Shown one piece after another: positions 1 to 4,874 of a DNA stretch of 5,740 nt. The position numbers were made by a program, and so were the translations under genes. Location of the stretch: contig JALVPN010000063.1 of NCBI GenBank assembly GCA_027031765.1, positions 1 through 5,740 on the forward strand, written 5' to 3'. Source of the DNA: Promethearchaeota archaeon. Its GTDB lineage: Archaea > Asgardarchaeota > Thorarchaeia > Thorarchaeales > Thorarchaeaceae. The first letter of the stretch is position 1, and every line of letters starts with the position of its first letter. The notes beneath the pieces were generated by a model. It saw nothing but the letters and a program-made list of their open reading frames with translations. It did no database searches and was not told where the DNA came from.

Positions 1-1
1 G

Positions 2-751
2 TACCTCACTTGTGGTATCATCGGGCTCTCCGTCCTTGCGGTCTCCATCTTCCTGCCGGTCGCCACCGGCCCACACACAGACACCACTCCCCAGCGCATG
101 CCTCGAAACGGGGCACAGGACACCCCACGGGTACCAGTGACAGCTGTCCTGCGCAGAGACGTCCTCGTGATCTGTGCCGCACAGGCTGCGACCTTCTTCC
201 TTTACGGCGCCTACGAGTTCTTTTTCCCACTGCTGTGGTCAGAGGAGCTCGGCGCCCCGGAATGGATGGCCGGCCCGGCCCTCACCCTCCTCACCATCAC
301 ACTGCTCCTCGCCGGCCCGGCATTCGGCAGGGCATCCGACCGCACCGGCCGTGTGCCGTTCATAGTCACGGGCCTGGTATCACTGTGCATCCTTGTAGCC
401 GTGGCCTCCACTGTCCATGACATGCTCGTCCAGTACGTGCTCGTAGTGCCAATCGGTCTCTCGATCGTGGCCACAGACTCGTCCACATCGCCCCTCGTCA
501 CAGAACGGGTCGCCCCGTCCCGACGCGGCACCGCCCTCGGACTCCTCAGCACCGTCATGGACATCGGCCACTCCACCGGCCCCCTGGTCACAGGGCTCCT
601 CCTCGCCCTGGGCGGACACAGCTACTTCTTCGCCTTCGCAGTCGCAGGCCTGTGCCTCCTGCTCGTGCCAGCGCTCGTGCTCACAGTCCTTGGCAGGACG
701 GACGAGTACCGGTATCCCGACGGTACTGCTGCAGACAAGAGTACTGTGTGA
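2..751 (+). CDS. Major facilitator superfamily (MFS) transporter, C-terminal half; 5'-truncated by the window edge
   Basis: The frame of the 98..751 ORF is open back to position 2 (YLTCGIIGLSVLAVSIFLPVATG...), so ATG98 is probably not the true start. There are about 6-7 hydrophobic helices, MFS motif A-like GRASDRTGR at nt 326-352, and the typical late-helix pattern VTERVAPSRRGTALGLLSTVMDIGHSTGPLVTGLL. Stop TGA at 749-751. Substrate cannot be inferred. Confidence 0.9.
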   Translation, partial: YLTCGIIGLSVLAVSIFLPVATGPHTDTTPQRMPRNGAQDTPRVPVTAVLRRDVLVICAAQAATFFLYGAYEFFFPLLWSEELGAPEWMAGPALTLLTITLLLAGPAFGRASDRTGRVPFIVTGLVSLCILVAVASTVHDMLVQYVLVVPIGLSIVATDSSTSPLVTERVAPSRRGTALGLLSTVMDIGHSTGPLVTGLLLALGGHSYFFAFAVAGLCLLLVPALVLTVLGRTDEYRYPDGTAADKSTV

Positions 752-791
752 GTCTTGGGGCATGTCGGCGACCAGTCACACCCCGCAGGTG

Positions 792-2504
792 TCATACGTC
801 GATGATGCCCTGATATCCCGTCCCCTCGACACTGTCCAGCCACTCGTCCACCCCGCGATATGCGTCCCACCGGCCATGGTATGAGTTCCAGTCCTCAATG
901 AATGTCGAGAGCTTCCACCTGCCGTAGAGCGCACCACCCAGCAGGTGCACCTGGGCAGTGGGGCACAGACCCCGTACAGTCCTTGCAAGCCCCGCGGTCT
1001 CGCCATCCGGGACCCGGATCCGGAACATTAACCTGTCCTCCGAGACCTGTTCAACGTGTGTCATGGGGAGGTCTTCGGCAAGGGCGGCCAGCCCGTACGC
1101 CTCATCACCATGCCTGCATACCACGAGTATGTCTTCCGAGAGGCCCGCATGGTGGAGTTCGTAGACGTGCCCTATGACACCACTCTCACGGAACACGTTC
1201 AGCCACTTGCAAATGGTCTCGGTGCGACAGCCGATTGTCTGCCTCAGCTCACGCACCGTTGTCGCACCGCCCTGGAACTCGCACAGCACTCTTGTCCCAA
1301 TACTGTCAATGTACCGTAACGGTGTTGGCGGGTCCGGCAGGTCGAGCAGCGAGGGCTGTGCCCTCCCGTCCTCTACGAGGTGTGCTGTCCGCAGATAGAG
1401 CACTGTCCAGTCGATAGACCACCCGCCGATCCCGGGGACGTAGTGGTGGAATGAGTAGTGTGTCTTCACGCGTTCGCGTGTCATGGCCTGCACGCTGACC
1501 CCTTCACTCTCTGCATGAGCGATGGCACGGTCCACAGCATGGGAGTTGTCCTTGTTGTCGGGTATGGCGAGGGTGGCCATAAGCCCTCCTCCTCCGCTGA
1601 CTATCTCCCGTGACGAGTAGAGGAATGGGCACTTGGCGACCAGGTCACTTGCAGACACGGTGCTGCCCTCAGTGGGCGTGATGAGCAGGTGTCGGACCTG
1701 TACGCTCAGTGCCCGCAACGACAGTCTTTCAAACACTCTGAGCTGGCCCCGGGCAATGAGCCTCTGTAGGAGCCTGCCGACCCAGTTGGTGCTCATCCCT
1801 GTTTCCTGAGCAATGCGTTCCCTTACGGTGCCATTGGAGGCGAGGACTGCTCCCAGTACCCGCACCTCGGAAGTGTTCAGTCGGATGACATAGCCCCTCA
1901 TGTAGTCGGCCAGCAACCGCACCCACTCGTGTACTGACAGTCTGACCCCTGCCCTCGCGAACCGGATCACCATCCCGACGACGCCGTCAATGTACTCCTC
2001 CTCACCCATGGCGTGGAGCTGTCTGAAGATCTCCGGGCCGTCGTATACTGCCCCCGTTGGAGATGGTACCTGCTTGCTCGATGCCCGCCACCGTTGCCTC
2101 CACTCCTCCAGCAGGGGCCCGCCAAGGCACTGCTCCCCGAAGGCACATGCAATGTCGCTGACAACGACCGCATCAACACTGTCTGACGAGAGCATGAGCC
2201 TCAGTGCCTCCCTGTTCAGGAGTGCCCTGACAAGCGGGGCCTCCGTGCCCACAATGAACGGCAGGTGTACGGTGTTCCCATCAATTGCGACCTGTGTGTC
2301 CCAGGCCTCGGGCCAGTCAATGGGCCTTTCACCGTCCACCACGACACTCATCGATGTCAGCTCGTGGGACAGCCCAAAGCGTTCAGAGCTCCCATACACA
2401 CACTCTCGCCACAGCTGCACGAGTGCCTGCCGGGCCTGCTCATCAGCATAGTGACCGCTACTGGTGACCATTGTAGATGCACCTGTCTCATTTATCCTCT
2501 CCAT
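792..2504 (-). CDS. Large multidomain protein, putative transcriptional regulator: N-terminal ~200 aa helical domain + 2x (Lrp/AsnC-like wHTH + ferredoxin-like/RAM-like domain)
   Basis: 570 aa open frame; 559 aa from ATG2471, which has an AGGTG ribosome-binding-like motif 8 nt upstream (+ strand 2480-2484) and is the more likely start. wHTH-like segment 1, aa ~209-268: LNTSEVRVLGAVLASNGTVRERIAQETGMSTNWVGRLLQRLIARGQLRVFERLSLRAL. wHTH-like segment 2, aa ~399-455: IDSIGTRVLCEFQGGATTVRELRQTIGCRTETICKWLNVFRESGVIGHVYELHHAGL. Each is followed by an alternating beta/alpha segment and an aromatic motif (FHHYVPGIGGWSIDW; FIEDWNSYHGRW). The CDS is well supported; the product call is pattern-based. Confidence 0.7.
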   Translation of the reverse strand: MERINETGASTMVTSSGHYADEQARQALVQLWRECVYGSSERFGLSHELTSMSVVVDGERPIDWPEAWDTQVAIDGNTVHLPFIVGTEAPLVRALLNREALRLMLSSDSVDAVVVSDIACAFGEQCLGGPLLEEWRQRWRASSKQVPSPTGAVYDGPEIFRQLHAMGEEEYIDGVVGMVIRFARAGVRLSVHEWVRLLADYMRGYVIRLNTSEVRVLGAVLASNGTVRERIAQETGMSTNWVGRLLQRLIARGQLRVFERLSLRALSVQVRHLLITPTEGSTVSASDLVAKCPFLYSSREIVSGGGGLMATLAIPDNKDNSHAVDRAIAHAESEGVSVQAMTRERVKTHYSFHHYVPGIGGWSIDWTVLYLRTAHLVEDGRAQPSLLDLPDPPTPLRYIDSIGTRVLCEFQGGATTVRELRQTIGCRTETICKWLNVFRESGVIGHVYELHHAGLSEDILVVCRHGDEAYGLAALAEDLPMTHVEQVSEDRLMFRIRVPDGETAGLARTVRGLCPTAQVHLLGGALYGRWKLSTFIEDWNSYHGRWDAYRGVDEWLDSVEGTGYQGIIDV

Positions 2505-3201
2505 GTTCTTGGGCCTTCCAGATCCGTGTCATCTCAAGTACCGCGTTGCCAAGCTTGGTAATCCTCACCTTCTTGGTGTTCCCTACCTTCTCGGTCTCGA
2601 CATATCCCCAGTCATGAAGCGTCGAAACATGGTCTGATGTCGCTGACATCCCGAGGCGTACCGTCTTCGCGAGCCTTCCAATCGATGGGCACCACTCGTA
2701 GTTTCCCCGCTCGTCCTTCAAAGAACTGAGCGATTCGAGCACTCTCTTCTTCGGCGGGCTCAGCTGTTCCCTTGTTATGGGGAACACATCGACCACATCG
2801 ATGGCGTGACCTTTCCCGTCCTCCTTCACAAGGTGTATCACCGACTTGGTAAAGGCTGCTGCAGCATAGAGTGCTGCGCTCATGATGCGTGTCCCAAGTG
2901 ACGGGTTGAACGCAAACTCGACCTCCTCGTCATTGTCCTGTCCTTCCTGCTCCAACATGTATGTGTTGACGGTCTTCACCGCTTTGAACAGCACATCGTC
3001 AAATCTCCACGGTTCGACCTGCACTATTTCAATGGGCATGTGCCCCTTCTCCAGTATCTCGTCCCTGATCCTCTCTGCATCGTTGTGTGTCTCTCTCGTG
3101 CACATGATCACAAGCGCATCGGCCCCTCGTCTGTTCATTACGAAAGCAATCCTGCCCTGCTCGTTCCGACCCAAGGTGGCAATCATCACTTTCATGGGCA
3201 C
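2488..3201 (-). CDS. csa3: Csa3-family CRISPR-associated CARF + winged-helix transcriptional regulator
   Basis: N-terminal CARF strand-1 motif MKVMIATLG; CARF motif-II-like strand FAFNPSLGTRIMS (aa 96-108; from memory Sulfolobus Csa3 has DLTMGMRM); C-terminal wHTH LSPPKKRVLESL...SIGRLAKTVRLGMSATSDHVSTLHDWGYVETEKVGNTKKVRITKLGNAVL. The size (235-237 aa) and CRISPR-proximal location fit. Start is GTG3201 (GGAG 5 nt upstream) or ATG3195. The stop lies 17 nt inside the maximal downstream ORF, or 16 nt before ATG2471, which suggests an operon. Confidence 0.8.
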   Translation of the reverse strand: MPMKVMIATLGRNEQGRIAFVMNRRGADALVIMCTRETHNDAERIRDEILEKGHMPIEIVQVEPWRFDDVLFKAVKTVNTYMLEQEGQDNDEEVEFAFNPSLGTRIMSAALYAAAAFTKSVIHLVKEDGKGHAIDVVDVFPITREQLSPPKKRVLESLSSLKDERGNYEWCPSIGRLAKTVRLGMSATSDHVSTLHDWGYVETEKVGNTKKVRITKLGNAVLEMTRIWKAQEHGEDK

Positions 3202-3244
3202 GCATTCTCCGCCAGTCCTGTCCCGGTGTATGTGATGTCCCGCC

Positions 3245-3250
3245 TATAAA
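3245..3250 (-). promoter_or_regulatory. Putative archaeal TATA box (TTTATA) for the csa3-like operon
   Basis: The minus strand reads GAGTTTATAGG, matching archaeal TTTAWA. It lies ~45 nt upstream of the csa3-like start and is a rare AT-rich patch in a GC-rich intergenic region. Confidence 0.5.
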
Positions 3251-3462
3251 CTCGCGCTGCGGCCCTGCGGTCGTAGTATTCTGGCGGGCGTGGCACACCC
3301 CGGCCTCACCTCTGGGTACCACGACGCACCGGATGCACGGCTCTCCTATGAACAGGTTTCCGCGACTGCTGTCCCCAACAGCGTGCAGCCGCAACAACCC
3401 CTCTCCTGGGCCCCCTGCCGGCCCCCTAGGCCACCCGGCGGCAAGCGCGTCGTCGTGACTAC

Positions 3463-3468
3463 ATTAAT
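3463..3468 (+). promoter_or_regulatory. Possible TATA-like element (ATTAAT) for the plus-strand CARF gene
   Basis: AT-rich hexamer 42 nt before ATG3511, mirroring the spacing on the csa3 side. It is an imperfect consensus with no clear BRE. Confidence 0.25.
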
Positions 3469-3510
3469 CTCACTGGTGTTGCCGTGCTCCCGACAGGTGT
3501 ACATCAGTCC

Positions 3511-4398
3511 ATGACCCACCTTCGGGATGTGGGCCCGTCAGATGGCAGGACCCGGTACAGAGTGCTCATCGGGTCTGGCGCTGCGGTGTCACAGGGCACA
3601 ACGGAGTACCGCTACCCCGCGGTCGCGCCACGGAGCTCTCAGGCCCTGTCCTCTACAGCTGCCATAGCAGAGCTCCTTGGCCCCTTCGACTCGCTCGTGG
3701 TCTTCACGTCTGGCTGCACACCACATGTCCTGCAGGAGGCCGACGCAGCACGGCTTGCAGGCCACATCCGTGACTGGTCTGTCATCAGGACCAGCCCCGT
3801 ACACGGTCCTTCTCCACTCGTGGACGTCCGCAAGACCATCAGTGCTCTCGAAGACATGGTGACCCCTGACAGGCACCTGCAAGTTGTGGTCGACCTGACC
3901 GGCACTGACGGATATATGACACTTGTCCTCATCGCAGCACTGTCGTTCATGGCCGCCCGCGCTCTCGCCTCCATCGAGCGTGTGGTCCACGCCGTGCCCG
4001 CCAGGACGCCGGGCCAGGCCCTCATCTCTGACATGACCGACACCGCCCTCCTCCTCGAGTGGGTCCTCTGTACCACTGCCCTCTCCTCCCCCAGCCCCGT
4101 TCACCGGCTCGCATCCCTGTTCCGCCGTTTCGCTGACCAGCTCTCATTCTCTCTACCGTCCAGCCTCCGCCTGTCCCACATCGCAGACACCCTCGACCAT
4201 CTCGCAACCCAGTGGCACCCCTCTCATACCACCCAGCCCACACCAGACACTGACACACTTCTCACACTCCTCACTCACGCACGGACGGACGTGGGCCCCG
4301 AAACACCCCTCTCACTCGTCATCGCACATCTCATTGACTCTCTACAACATGACCCATCACCAGCACGACCGGAGGATGACCACCAGTGCAGCAAATGA
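3511..4398 (+). CDS. Divergent Csx1/TM1812 (DxTHG)-family CARF-domain protein lacking a recognisable HEPN effector domain; possibly degenerate
   Basis: 295 aa from ATG3511 (AGGTG at 3495-3499); 304 aa from GTG3484. The order of motifs matches TM1812/Csx1-type CARF domains: RVLIGSG..TTEYRY..STAAIAELLGPFDSLVVFTS..VVVDLTGTDGYMTLVLIAALSF..IERVVHA..GQALISDMTDTALLLEW. The canonical DxTHG position reads DLTGTDG (nt 3892-3912). No RxxxxH motif is seen, and the C-terminal ~100 aa are H/T/P/L/S-rich. Confidence 0.65.
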   Translation: MTHLRDVGPSDGRTRYRVLIGSGAAVSQGTTEYRYPAVAPRSSQALSSTAAIAELLGPFDSLVVFTSGCTPHVLQEADAARLAGHIRDWSVIRTSPVHGPSPLVDVRKTISALEDMVTPDRHLQVVVDLTGTDGYMTLVLIAALSFMAARALASIERVVHAVPARTPGQALISDMTDTALLLEWVLCTTALSSPSPVHRLASLFRRFADQLSFSLPSSLRLSHIADTLDHLATQWHPSHTTQPTPDTDTLLTLLTHARTDVGPETPLSLVIAHLIDSLQHDPSPARPEDDHQCSK

Positions 4399-4485
4399 CC
4401 AGTGCCACAGCCCACAAGGTGACAGCCCAAAGTACGCCGCATCATGGCAGCTCTCCAGACTGCCGCCAGCAGACACACCACCACC

Positions 4486-4534
4486 TCCCACAGTCGCCCC
4501 ATGTCCCGCAGCCCATGATATGTCCCACAGTCCC
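4486..4534. repeat. Degenerate 18-19 bp tandem repeat, core TCCCRCAGYC
   Basis: TCCCACAGTC at 4486, TCCCGCAGCC at 4504 and TCCCACAGTC at 4523 (spacing 18 and 19). Confidence 0.45.
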
Positions 4535-4543
4535 GCCTCTGGG

Positions 4544-4614
4544 CCCGTAGTACGCCTTTGGATTCGTAGTACGCCCTTGAACCCGTAGTACGCCCTTGAA
4601 CCCGTAGTACGCCC
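4544..4614. repeat. 19-bp tandem repeat, ~3.7 copies, with palindromic core CGTA-G-TACG
   Basis: CCCGTAGTACGCCTTTGGA (4544-4562), TTCGTAGTACGCCCTTGAA (4563-4581), CCCGTAGTACGCCCTTGAA (4582-4600), CCCGTAGTACGCCC (4601-4614). CGTAGTACGCC is invariant in all four copies. Confidence 0.95.
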
Positions 4615-4743
4615 GTGCTGTTTCTTCTACGTCTGTGCGCCCATACAACACATGTCGATAGCGATAGCGTACACTTGGCCTGACGAGCCGGAAGACCCGC
4701 CGTGGTGACCGGCCCGTCGATGACGCTCACACGTCAACCTAGC

Positions 4744-4790
4744 GGGCCAGCTCCGGCTGGCCCTACACCTTCTTTTTTTCCCCTTTTCCT
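4744..4790 (+). terminator. Putative plus-strand terminator: 8-bp GC hairpin followed by a T-rich tract
   Basis: GGGCCAGC (4744-4751), loop TCCG, GCTGGCCC (4756-4763) form a perfect stem. A 23-nt pure pyrimidine run follows at 4768-4790, containing T7 (4773-4779) and T4 (4784-4787). Oligo-T tracts are established archaeal termination signals. Confidence 0.6.
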
Positions 4791-4874
4791 GCGGTGCAGT
4801 TCCGATCTGGCCCCACCGTGGTGCCCACGACACCGCCATGGTGTCCATGTCATCCAGTCATGACTCTGTGCCCT

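Noticed and set aside
752-791. Terminator between the convergent MFS and 570 aa genes
   Set aside because: No T-tract on either strand and no convincing stem in the 40 bp gap.
10-2561. Many short overlapping ORFs in the track (e.g. 10..420+, 211..591-, 902..1177+, 1990..2451+, 2265..2561+)
   Set aside because: They are shadow frames of the MFS and 570 aa genes, with R/P/S/C-rich composition typical of GC-rich off-frames and no motifs.
2882-4258. ORFs 2882..3235+, 3029..3397-, 3290..3514+, 3589..4104-, 3639..4076-, 4022..4258-
   Set aside because: They are antisense or off-frame to the two CARF genes or span the promoter region, and have no recognisable domains.
4399-4700. Frameshifted HEPN remnant downstream of the CARF gene
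   Set aside because: The plus-strand frames read after the stop give low-complexity peptides without an R-N/H-xxx-H HEPN context.
4275-4730. ORFs 4275..4730-, 4334..4588+ and 4442..4651- (the latter with RAYYG...KAYYG and several Cys)
   Set aside because: The peptide periodicity is just the 19-bp DNA repeat cycling through frames (3x19 nt = 19 aa). A 19-bp unit is not codon-compatible, and there is no RBS or domain support.
4787-4817. Degenerate terminal CRISPR repeat suggested by AGTTCCGATCTG (4798-4809, 9/12 to repeat positions 12-23)
   Set aside because: Only 13/31 identity over the full repeat length, and it would imply a 57-nt spacer, out of register with the 67-71 nt period.
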